In this document: positions 55,927-64,000 of the stretch, piece after piece | Layout: each line of letters begins with the position of its first letter | How positions within the stretch are numbered: the first letter of the stretch is position 1 | From: Escherichia phage vB_EcoM_ESCO9 | Sequence record: OM386654.1 | DNA length: 64,000 nucleotides | Direction: 5' to 3' (one strand) | Notes under the pieces: model-generated | Database searches by the model: none | Seen by the model: the letters and a program-made list of their open reading frames with translations, nothing else | What the model was told of the DNA's origin: nothing | Made by a program: the position numbers and the translations under genes

Positions 55927-56325
55927 ATGACAGATAATCGTTCTAAAATCTTAGTCGAGACGTTCTACAGTAGAGAAACTAATCGTCTTGAGCTAACTAA
56001 AAAAGATGTTGAACCTCAAGATAATACCTTTTTTATTCAAATACTATGTCTCTTTGGTGGATACAATCGTTTAACAGTGAGAGTAGAAAACAAAGAGATA
56101 TCTGAAACCACTATCACAAAACGTGAACTAATGCTACTACAGGATACAATACGAGATGTTTTGGATAATCCTGGAAAAGCAAAAGTAATTAACCTTGGTG
56201 GAGAAAAGATACAAATCCTCCATTTCGAAAGTGGTGAAATAGGATTTGGTATTGGTCTTGGTAAATACCTGTTGGAAGAAACTGACGCTACTCTTTTACG
56301 AGAGTTTTGTGTTAAAGTAATGTAA
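55927..56325 (+). CDS. hypothetical protein
   Basis: 132 aa. Confidence 0.5.
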   Translation: MTDNRSKILVETFYSRETNRLELTKKDVEPQDNTFFIQILCLFGGYNRLTVRVENKEISETTITKRELMLLQDTIRDVLDNPGKAKVINLGGEKIQILHFESGEIGFGIGLGKYLLEETDATLLREFCVKVM

Positions 56326-56341
56326 TTATAGAGGAGAATTT

Positions 56342-57289
56342 ATGCCAGTAATTAATTCTGAAATCGATCGTCGTACTAAAAAAGAAGCATTCTGGGCTGA
56401 AGGTATCGTTGAATATGTCAAACTAGATAAGTTTGATGAAATGAAAGTCTCTTATATTAAGGTTGCAGGTCAGCCAGATAAGAAAATTGAATCAACTCAC
56501 AAAGCATCCCTGCTTATTAAAGAGAAAGGTGCTGGTGCTGATGATAAAGGTGTTTGGGTTAGCCTAGGTGAAGTTAAACTGCACCCAGAACATGAAAACC
56601 TGCAAGTTAAAGATGGTGATAAGTGGATTACTATCGAAAAAGGTGTAGAAGTAACTATGGATGTTAAACCTTCCGAATGGAATGGCAAAACATACTACAA
56701 CTCCTCTAAAGGTAAAATCACTGTTCTTTCAACAGAAGGTGTTCAGCAAGCACAATCTTCTTCAAAAGGTGGAAATAAGCCATCTAATAACGAAGGTAGC
56801 AAGCCTAACTACAAAAAACGTGATACCGTAGGGATTGAAACAGGACACGCTGTAAACGGCGCTCTGGAGCTTCTACGTGCTGGTGTGAAAGGTGATGCTT
56901 TCGACTTGGCTGGTGTGGTACAATCTGCAACTGTTAATCTGAAAGCAGAAATTGCTAAAGATCGTGGCGTTGATGTGACTGACTATGATCTTGGTGCTTC
57001 AGTTGGACACGCAATTCTTAACGCTTGTCGTGATCATACAGGTAAAACTGTAACGGCAGAAGAGATTATTGAAGCTGCTCGTGAAGTTCTTGCTTTGTCT
57101 GATAAAGTAGCTGCTGCTATCCGTGGAATGTCTACCCCAGTACAAGAAGTTAAGAAAGAAACTAAAAAAGTAGAGAAAAAAGAGCCAGCACCGAAAGAAC
57201 CAGAACCTGTTGTTCAAGATTTCGATGATGATATCCCATTTGCTCCTATTGGTTTGCAGTATGGTCGAAATTTCCTGCACTGTTTCTAA
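56342..57289 (+). CDS. putative ssDNA-binding protein (SSB-like acidic tail motif)
   Basis: DFDDDIPF motif near C-terminus; position between replication genes. Confidence 0.4.
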   Translation: MPVINSEIDRRTKKEAFWAEGIVEYVKLDKFDEMKVSYIKVAGQPDKKIESTHKASLLIKEKGAGADDKGVWVSLGEVKLHPEHENLQVKDGDKWITIEKGVEVTMDVKPSEWNGKTYYNSSKGKITVLSTEGVQQAQSSSKGGNKPSNNEGSKPNYKKRDTVGIETGHAVNGALELLRAGVKGDAFDLAGVVQSATVNLKAEIAKDRGVDVTDYDLGASVGHAILNACRDHTGKTVTAEEIIEAAREVLALSDKVAAAIRGMSTPVQEVKKETKKVEKKEPAPKEPEPVVQDFDDDIPFAPIGLQYGRNFLHCF

Positions 57290-57311
57290 TAGTTAAATAT
57301 TGTGTGAATAT

Positions 57312-57337
57312 AAGGAGCCTAACGGCTCCTTTTCTTT
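57312..57337 (+). terminator. intrinsic terminator
   Basis: aggagcc-taac-ggctcct then tttcttt. Confidence 0.6.
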
Positions 57338-57349
57338 GAAGGAGATATA

Positions 57350-58081
57350 ATGAGCGAATTTGTAAACAACACCGCATTAAACTACCTGCAAACCCTCGAA
57401 AGCAATAGTGTAGATTTGATTCTTACTGACCCACCATATGCTATTTCTCGTGACACAAATTTTCAGTCTGGAGAGCCTACTGGAAAAGATACGGATAGAT
57501 TCCGTGTATCTTACAACTTCGGTGATTGGGATGTTGTAGATATTCCTTACTTTAAAGAAGTATTCAAAGAAGCCTACAGGGTGCTTAGAAAAGGTGGTAC
57601 TTGCATAGTTTGGTATGATATCTGGAAGATCCAGGAACTACGTGAAATCCTTGAACCGCTTGGTTTTCGTATGTTCCGTACCATCGAATGGATTAAAACA
57701 AACCCTGTACCCATCAACAGTGGTGTTAACTACCTTAGTAACGCTAAAGAGATGGCTATTGTTTGTGTTAAAGGTTCGAAACCAACCTTCAATGCTTCCT
57801 ACCATAAGGGTGTGTTTGAGTATCCTATCTATCAAGGAGCAGATCGTTTTCATCCAACACAAAAACACTTGACTTTGTTTTGTGACCTTATTAATATACA
57901 CACCAACGAAGGAGATGTAGTCTTAGACTTCTTCTCTGGAAGTGCAACAACACAAGTTGCGGCACTTTTAACAGGTAGAGAATACTTAGGCTGTGAAGCC
58001 GATGTAAATATTTTTAAGCAAGCGGAGGAACGACTAAATGAGTACACTGAACAGCAAAATCACCCTGAAAGCACTGATTAA
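57350..58081 (+). CDS. DNA methyltransferase (N6-adenine or N4-cytosine, DPPY type)
   Basis: LILTDPPYAI motif IV precedes AdoMet motif VLDFFSGSATT. Confidence 0.8.
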   Translation: MSEFVNNTALNYLQTLESNSVDLILTDPPYAISRDTNFQSGEPTGKDTDRFRVSYNFGDWDVVDIPYFKEVFKEAYRVLRKGGTCIVWYDIWKIQELREILEPLGFRMFRTIEWIKTNPVPINSGVNYLSNAKEMAIVCVKGSKPTFNASYHKGVFEYPIYQGADRFHPTQKHLTLFCDLINIHTNEGDVVLDFFSGSATTQVAALLTGREYLGCEADVNIFKQAEERLNEYTEQQNHPESTD

Positions 58082-58469
58082 CAATGGTATGAACCTGGAC
58101 TCTGGTCTGTCTCCAAAGATTTCTATGGCACGACTGGAACAAGTTACTGGTCTTCGTCAAGTAAGTAATGGCGGTAAGATTATTCGTGATGACGCTGTAC
58201 CTTTTAATAAGTTTCAGATTGAACGTCATTACGATCCTGTAACTGCAAGCCTCACTGGTGTAACTTTCTCAGGTTATCGTACTGCCGGATACCAGCGTAA
58301 AGTTGTAGCTGAACGTATTAAGAGTCGCAAACAGAAAATTGCGACATTGAAGAAACTGGTAGAGAAAGATGTTTCAGAACTTCTTAACCTGTATGAAACT
58401 CTTGAGACAAAAGGTGAAGATCATAAACTCTTCTCTAAAGAAGATGTAAGCGTAATTTTCACTGATTAA
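58038..58469 (+). CDS. hypothetical protein
   Basis: GGAGG RBS 9 nt before ATG 58038; overlaps methyltransferase 3' end by 44 nt in another frame. Confidence 0.5.
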   Translation: MSTLNSKITLKALINNGMNLDSGLSPKISMARLEQVTGLRQVSNGGKIIRDDAVPFNKFQIERHYDPVTASLTGVTFSGYRTAGYQRKVVAERIKSRKQKIATLKKLVEKDVSELLNLYETLETKGEDHKLFSKEDVSVIFTD

Positions 58470-58475
58470 GATAAA

Positions 58476-58506
58476 AGAAAAGGAGCCTAATGGCTCCTTT
58501 TTGTTT
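58476..58506. terminator. bidirectional terminator between convergent genes
   Basis: aaaggagcc-taat-ggctccttttt, T-rich on both strands. Confidence 0.65.
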
Positions 58507-60391
58507 ATGTAACATTGACTGTAAATCTGACAAGAGGTGATAACACGTCATTATCAGCATCATAGTGTGCAACATCAAACACTGTTGTACCTGCTGCAAA
58601 TCCATATTGTTCAACCTGATCTGCATAAGTAAATGTGTAAGTGTTAGTATCCAGGGTTTGTTCTGTAAGAATTGCTGCTGTGAGGACGTTTACATTTCGG
58701 AAGTAATGTTTAGTATATCCTGCTGGTTCCCAAGAGACAATTGCATCTTGGTTAGCTTGTCTTACAGCGGCTCCTCCTGTTGGAACAGACATATCAACCC
58801 AAACAGGTGACGCTGATGTTAAGTCTGTACCGTCTGCTGCCGATTTAGCAAGTTTTGTAGCTGCTGTTTGATATACAGAAGAAATATAATGGATACGACC
58901 ATCAATACCTTCTTCATAAACATAACCACTGTAACGTTCAGCACCATCTACCCAAGAACCAATTATAACATCATCACGTGCTGTAGAGATGGTTCTTTGT
59001 ACATTTCTGTACTTCTGCCAATCCACACCATTAACTTCTACACCATATAAATAAGAACGTCCTAGGATCTGCCAAACAATTTTTGCTTGAGAAGCAGGAA
59101 CTATTGTACGCATCTTATCAAAGATAGCTATCGTAGCATCATGGTAACGTGTAGTGTTACTGTACCTACCTGCAACAGTCGAAGATGCTGATACAGCATC
59201 ATTTTCACCTTGTCCCCAAATAATTGCTTTAACCTTACTTGCATAAGGTGTGACTTTAGTGATAAAGTTAGTTAAGCATGGCCCATCTGCTGTGTTATCC
59301 AGATCATACCAGTAGTTGTCTGGTGTTCCTGTTCCGGCTTTATCATCTGCATATTTATCTGCTGCTGATGATCCAGAAGCTGCATTTAACGGAAGAACTT
59401 CAGCATTTGCTAAACCACGTTGCGTAGCATATGCATTACGGGCTGTTGTGCTACTCATTGCTGCTTTATTTGCACCAGATAGTTCTGTAAAGTGTGCATT
59501 TACGTTATCTTGTCCAGCAAAGACAATAACTTCTTTAATGAATGAATCATCTGTAGCTATTGAGCTATTAAAGATAACGGCTGCTGCTTTGGTGCTCTTA
59601 ACGCTAATTTTAAGGTATGTTGGAGCAAACCCATAAAGAGGAATAGAGTCAGAGATATCAAAGTAGGCGTAAGTATTTGTGGTTGTTGTAGTCCACTGGA
59701 CACTATTATCACTTAAATCTAATACTTCTACAGTATAAGTATCACCATCTAGCGGATCAGTTACATCCCAAGCAACACGAACGTCTCCATAACTGTTTGC
59801 CACGGCTGTTACATTAGAAATAACAGGAATAGCATTAACACCTAAATAAGAACTATCAGAGGCCACAACTGTTCCTTGATACGTTGCAGTACAACCTATA
59901 CGGCAATTACCATCTTTAAGAGCAGTTATTAATCCTGTAGGGCTTACAGTAGCTACTTCTGGATCTGTTGTGGTGTACGTAATTACCATGTCTGGAAGAT
60001 CTTTAGCACCTTCTGGACTGATTGTAGCAACCAACTGTTGAGTAGTGCCTACATCCATAGCTGATAGACTTTCAGTGTACACGCTTAATTCTGAAGCATA
60101 ACCACCAGATTGATCAGTTAAGACAGCACCTAAATTATTTTTAGCTGTCATTATTGCATCAAAACCACCTTCGGCAACAAACTCCATCATACCACTATTA
60201 TCTATAACCATTTTGGTATTATCTGAAGATGAAAAAGCTATATCAAATAACGCACCATCTTCCGGTGAAACTGTGTATGTCAGTTGCTTTTTACTACCAA
60301 CTATTGCAATACCAATAGAGGAAGTGGTTATAGATGTAGCTGTTACTACTGAAGCTGATGTTGTTGACATAAATAAAGGAATAGGATACAT
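58505..60391 (-). CDS. tail fibre / receptor-binding protein with Ig-like domains and SASA-type carbohydrate esterase domain
   Basis: BIG2-like TVSPTGLITALKDGNCRIGCTA; esterase-like VFAGQDN and IIWGQGEND. Confidence 0.6.
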   Translation of the reverse strand: MYPIPLFMSTTSASVVTATSITTSSIGIAIVGSKKQLTYTVSPEDGALFDIAFSSSDNTKMVIDNSGMMEFVAEGGFDAIMTAKNNLGAVLTDQSGGYASELSVYTESLSAMDVGTTQQLVATISPEGAKDLPDMVITYTTTDPEVATVSPTGLITALKDGNCRIGCTATYQGTVVASDSSYLGVNAIPVISNVTAVANSYGDVRVAWDVTDPLDGDTYTVEVLDLSDNSVQWTTTTTNTYAYFDISDSIPLYGFAPTYLKISVKSTKAAAVIFNSSIATDDSFIKEVIVFAGQDNVNAHFTELSGANKAAMSSTTARNAYATQRGLANAEVLPLNAASGSSAADKYADDKAGTGTPDNYWYDLDNTADGPCLTNFITKVTPYASKVKAIIWGQGENDAVSASSTVAGRYSNTTRYHDATIAIFDKMRTIVPASQAKIVWQILGRSYLYGVEVNGVDWQKYRNVQRTISTARDDVIIGSWVDGAERYSGYVYEEGIDGRIHYISSVYQTAATKLAKSAADGTDLTSASPVWVDMSVPTGGAAVRQANQDAIVSWEPAGYTKHYFRNVNVLTAAILTEQTLDTNTYTFTYADQVEQYGFAAGTTVFDVAHYDADNDVLSPLVRFTVNVT

Positions 60392-60400
60392 TTAATCTCC

Positions 60401-60428
60401 TTAAATAATAAGCCCCCGAAGGGGCTTT
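60401..60428 (-). terminator. terminator-like hairpin between tail genes
   Basis: Minus strand: aaagcccc-ttcg-ggggctt then attattt; followed by AAGGAG RBS. Confidence 0.5.
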
Positions 60429-60430
60429 GA

Positions 60431-62392
60431 TTATGTGCGTTTAGCAACAATAGCATCTACGTAATCGCCAACACCACAATATGTTAGTTGTAGTATTGTT
60501 ACTCCGTTAGGATCTGTATTAATATCACTAGAACCAATTACTTTGTAAGATGGATCTAAAGTAACAGTACGACCTCCAGTGGCATCTTGGATAAGATAAA
60601 CTATTGCAGAGAATGGTTTAGGTTTTGTGCTATCTTCGACACCAGGCCATGCTTTTATAGTAGAGTTACCAGTAAGATTCAACACATTCATGTTATGTGT
60701 TCCTGGAGGTGTCCAGTCACCTGTAACAGAGTTGTTGGTGTATGCTGTAACCTCTATAAAATTAGTTGTTACTTTTGTTGGAACTATATCTTGACCATCT
60801 ACAGAACTAGTGAGTTCTTCCCATGCTCCATCTTTACGAGCATAGATCTTACCGTCACTAGGTGCATCTGTGATGCTAGGCAGTGTACCTTGAGAAGTCC
60901 AGGCAGTTGCAGATGTTTTTAAGAACACCTCACCAGTGGAGATATTAAAGGCATAATCACCTTGTTTACCATCACTAGAAATTGGATCTGTTGTTTTAAC
61001 AATCCAAGTTGCACCGTCTGTACCGTTAGTACCAGCGTCACCTTTTTCACCCTTATCACCTTTCAAACTACCCATATCTACATATTCAGCAGTTTGAGTT
61101 TGTTCATCATAGGTGTAAATGTAAAGATGACCTGTATCTTCCGTCAGATAAGCATCACCGTAATTGGCTGTAGGAGGAAGTGCACTTGCAGACGCAACGT
61201 GTCCTTTTGCAGTGATTGGAGTACCAGCTAAACGACCAACATTTGTCCACTGTGTGGCTCCTTGCAACCAAACCCAAAGTTCATTATTGATCAGATAACC
61301 ATCACCATCTTCTCCAGTTTGTGGTAGTTCAGAAGTGTCAGTCAGAATATCAATAATTGTCAACCCTGCACCAGTTGGCCCCGTCAAGCCTTGTATACCC
61401 TGCTCACCTTGATCACCCTTGTCTCCCTTATCACCTTTTTCTCCTTTCAGAGAGGCAATATATTCATCAATAGTACCAACGTTACCAGCATTTAACCAGA
61501 CTTGATAAGCAGAATCACCAGTGTTACCCTTATCTCCTTTGTCGCCTTTATCTCCTTTTGGCCCCACTATAGCGCCCATATTGATCCATTCTACACCGTT
61601 TGACACGTATAGATATGTACCAATACTCCATGCTTGAGATGTGTTTCCAGGAGATGCAGAAGGAAGATCTGAAACAGAATTAGCTGCACCTTGGTAATCA
61701 AAACCATTAGCATTATTACCTGGTACACCTTGTGGCCCCTCTGGGCCAGGTTCCCCTTTATCACCTTTAATTGAAGCAAGATAATCTAGTTCTGTACCTT
61801 CATTTCCTGCTGCAAGCCATACTTCATAAGCAGATTTACCTTCTGGCCCCTGTGAGTTTACTTTTCTCCAAGCAGTGCCATCCCAAGCATACATATTCTC
61901 GCCTACAATCCATGCGTCACCTGCATTGTTTCCAGTTGTAGGTAATTGGTTGGTATTAGACAGCGTTCCTAATAGCTTTAATGGAGCACCTGGATCGCCT
62001 TTTAAAGAAGCCAACCACTCTGCCTCAGTACCTTGGAAACCATTGTCTACGGCAATCTGGTAAGCTGATTTACCAGCTTCTGGAATGGACTCTCTAAGAT
62101 CTTCAATTTCAGCTTCAATAGCATCTAATTCTGATTCTATTTGAGCAATGTCATCTGCATTACCCACATTTTTCCAAGCTGTATCTGAAATCCCTCCAGT
62201 AGATGTAGGAGTAGAGTTAGCAGGTACAACTTTAGGTAGAGAACCTTTCCACTGATAGTAGTTACCGTCAGTTTCAAAGAGCAATGCTTCACGAGCATCT
62301 CTTAAGGTAAAACCACTTGCAAAACTTCTACGCTTTCTATAGCGAGACTCTACCATGTCTGCAATGGCACTATTTGGACGTGTTAAAATCAC
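60431..62392 (-). CDS. tail fibre protein with collagen-like Gly-X-Y tracts and tandem fibre repeats
   Basis: GDKGDKGDKGNTGD, KGEKGDKGDKGDQGEQG; three repeats of SAYQ..W...G..GTE..YLASLKG; GTG start. Confidence 0.8.
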   Translation of the reverse strand: MILTRPNSAIADMVESRYRKRRSFASGFTLRDAREALLFETDGNYYQWKGSLPKVVPANSTPTSTGGISDTAWKNVGNADDIAQIESELDAIEAEIEDLRESIPEAGKSAYQIAVDNGFQGTEAEWLASLKGDPGAPLKLLGTLSNTNQLPTTGNNAGDAWIVGENMYAWDGTAWRKVNSQGPEGKSAYEVWLAAGNEGTELDYLASIKGDKGEPGPEGPQGVPGNNANGFDYQGAANSVSDLPSASPGNTSQAWSIGTYLYVSNGVEWINMGAIVGPKGDKGDKGDKGNTGDSAYQVWLNAGNVGTIDEYIASLKGEKGDKGDKGDQGEQGIQGLTGPTGAGLTIIDILTDTSELPQTGEDGDGYLINNELWVWLQGATQWTNVGRLAGTPITAKGHVASASALPPTANYGDAYLTEDTGHLYIYTYDEQTQTAEYVDMGSLKGDKGEKGDAGTNGTDGATWIVKTTDPISSDGKQGDYAFNISTGEVFLKTSATAWTSQGTLPSITDAPSDGKIYARKDGAWEELTSSVDGQDIVPTKVTTNFIEVTAYTNNSVTGDWTPPGTHNMNVLNLTGNSTIKAWPGVEDSTKPKPFSAIVYLIQDATGGRTVTLDPSYKVIGSSDINTDPNGVTILQLTYCGVGDYVDAIVAKRT

Positions 62393-62408
62393 TTTACTAC
62401 TCCTTTTA

Positions 62409-62429
62409 TAAAGGGGCTTTCGCCCCTTT
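62409..62429. terminator. hairpin, terminator-like
   Basis: aggggc-tttc-gcccct flanked by A and T runs. Confidence 0.4.
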
Positions 62430-62433
62430 TTAA

Positions 62434-63963
62434 TTAAGCATTATTGACAGTAACAAAAGTAACAGGGTTCAGAGCTTTAATTTGTGTATTCTCTGCTGTA
62501 GGTGTTACAATTGGATCTGCAATATCTATTGTGTACAAACTATTTGTCACATATGTAGCACGTGCTATAGTTGTCACAAGATCGCCGCCATTTGCACCTG
62601 CACCTGGAATAACAATCTTAGTACCTGCTGCTTTAGCGTAGCCATTACTAGCCCAGTTTAAAGCATTAGACTGTAGATAGGTTTGACCTGTAACAGTTGC
62701 TTTTATTTTCTCGTTGGCACTAAAGAAAGCACCACCTACTGTAACAACATGTTTTTTACCGCTTGCACAATGAATAACTGTTCCAGTAGGGAATTCACGC
62801 CCACCTGGGAATTCATCATAAGCTGTAAAATATTGTTCAGAGATAGTAGTTAAAACTGGCCCACGATGACCTGTTCCATCAACAGCAGTTGGAACACCAA
62901 AGTTATTTCCAACCTGATCGCAACGATCCGTGTAGATTTTAGCAAAAGAAACTGTTGTTTCATCTCCGCTAAGTGCTGTACATCCTACCCACTTCATATA
63001 CGTGAATTGGCTGCGAGTATAGAAACCGCCACCACTTCCTTCTCCGCTTCCGTGTTGACCAATAAAGTCAATACTACGGCAACGAATATTATTAAAGGTA
63101 GAGCTAGATGGTAGCCCACGCCATTTAAAAACATTACAATTGATATTACTAACAATTGTAGAGTTTTCCCAGTCATCTGATCCAGATGTTGCAATCTCAA
63201 TTGAAGATTCTGGAATATCCAAATTCTTAATTGTAAAGTTAATTGGTGGCCCCGCATATCTTCCACTGTTAACACCCCAGTCAATAAAGACCATGCGTGT
63301 TGAAACAGACGGATCATTAAGCAGATAACCAGTTAAACCATCAACTTCAAAATCTTGGCATCCGTATAATGCAACACCACAAGTAGTTAAACCTGTACCT
63401 GTTGAAACTGCTGTGTTAGGATAAACTTCATTATCACGTATTGTGAAGTTTTTACCCATTTCAACGTGTAAACATTGACGGCAATTGTAAACCCTATTCC
63501 CAACGATACTGAAATTACGTACATATTGTGAATCAGGAACATCAACACCATATGGGCCACTACCTGCTACACCAATACCAATACCCCAGTTTGCACCTTG
63601 TCCAGAAGCATCTACGTTAGCAATGTGGTTATTCTCGATAATCAAACCTTCAGTGTAGTGTTTTTGAACTACGTTAAGTTCAATAGCATCACCTTTAATA
63701 TCGTGAATATAGTTGTTAGAGTAACGCCCGTAGGTCATTACTTCTCCAGTACCTTGTTGCAGGATCGCATATTTACAACCATACATTTCGTTGTAACTGA
63801 AGTCCAACGTACCTTCACTTGTCATTGCTTGCATTAAGAATGCTGCTGTAGATGTTGCGTTGGAGAAGATATTACGATAGAATCGGCAATCGCCACCTAA
63901 CATCTTAACATAACATTTTTCAAAGCGAACGTTTTCCATCCAACAGGACACAGTAGAAATCAT
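62434..63963 (-). CDS. tailspike / depolymerase-like protein with parallel beta-helix repeats
   Basis: Repeats IENNHIANV, VGNRVYN, IRDNEVY; frame stays open upstream to the window end so the true N-terminus may lie beyond 64000. Confidence 0.6.
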   Translation of the reverse strand: MISTVSCWMENVRFEKCYVKMLGGDCRFYRNIFSNATSTAAFLMQAMTSEGTLDFSYNEMYGCKYAILQQGTGEVMTYGRYSNNYIHDIKGDAIELNVVQKHYTEGLIIENNHIANVDASGQGANWGIGIGVAGSGPYGVDVPDSQYVRNFSIVGNRVYNCRQCLHVEMGKNFTIRDNEVYPNTAVSTGTGLTTCGVALYGCQDFEVDGLTGYLLNDPSVSTRMVFIDWGVNSGRYAGPPINFTIKNLDIPESSIEIATSGSDDWENSTIVSNINCNVFKWRGLPSSSTFNNIRCRSIDFIGQHGSGEGSGGGFYTRSQFTYMKWVGCTALSGDETTVSFAKIYTDRCDQVGNNFGVPTAVDGTGHRGPVLTTISEQYFTAYDEFPGGREFPTGTVIHCASGKKHVVTVGGAFFSANEKIKATVTGQTYLQSNALNWASNGYAKAAGTKIVIPGAGANGGDLVTTIARATYVTNSLYTIDIADPIVTPTAENTQIKALNPVTFVTVNNA

Positions 63964-64000
63964 TGTTCCACCGTTACCAGTGAATGTACCACCATACCAA

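Noticed and set aside
1-64000. Prophage or lysogeny features (integrase, repressor, att sites)
   Set aside because: No tyrosine or serine recombinase motifs and no repressor-like gene seen; the architecture reads as a lytic phage

Overview
The window reads as a virulent dsDNA phage genome segment (tailed phage, AT-rich; no integrase or lysogeny genes seen). Calls are from reading the ORF translations and the DNA by eye; no searches were run. Layout: (i) 1-3552, minus-strand operon of small genes with AGGAG-type RBS; (ii) 3553-5368, a 1.8 kb non-coding, repeat-rich region with Fur-box-like sites and palindromes; (iii) 5369-15177, a minus-strand early block of about 30 small genes, visibly GC-richer, in which most genes have their own TTGACA promoter followed by a conserved GC-rich leader stem-loop; (iv) 15178-16711, a second non-coding region with a Fur-box-like cluster and three tandem ~67 bp repeats; (v) 16712-20916, minus-strand genes including a NADAR-domain protein and an AAA ATPase; (vi) 21036-58469, the long plus-strand block with UvrD-like helicase, anaerobic ribonucleotide reductase NrdD/NrdG, a second AAA ATPase paralog, four glycosyltransferases, primase-helicase, family A DNA polymerase, HNH endonuclease, SSB-like protein and a DNA methyltransferase; (vii) 58505-64000, minus-strand tail fibre and tailspike genes. 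The most interesting content is a phage-borne Ter-like module at 35.0-44.4 kb: a HAD hydrolase, phosphoribosyltransferase and TARG1-like macro domain operon next to TerC, a TelA-like protein, a TerY-like vWA protein and TerD. Together with the NADAR and DUF4326-like proteins elsewhere, this suggests a nucleotide / ADP-ribose-centred accessory system, possibly counter-defence. Coordinates of intergenic elements and of ORFs below 60 aa are hand-counted and may be off by 1-2 nt.
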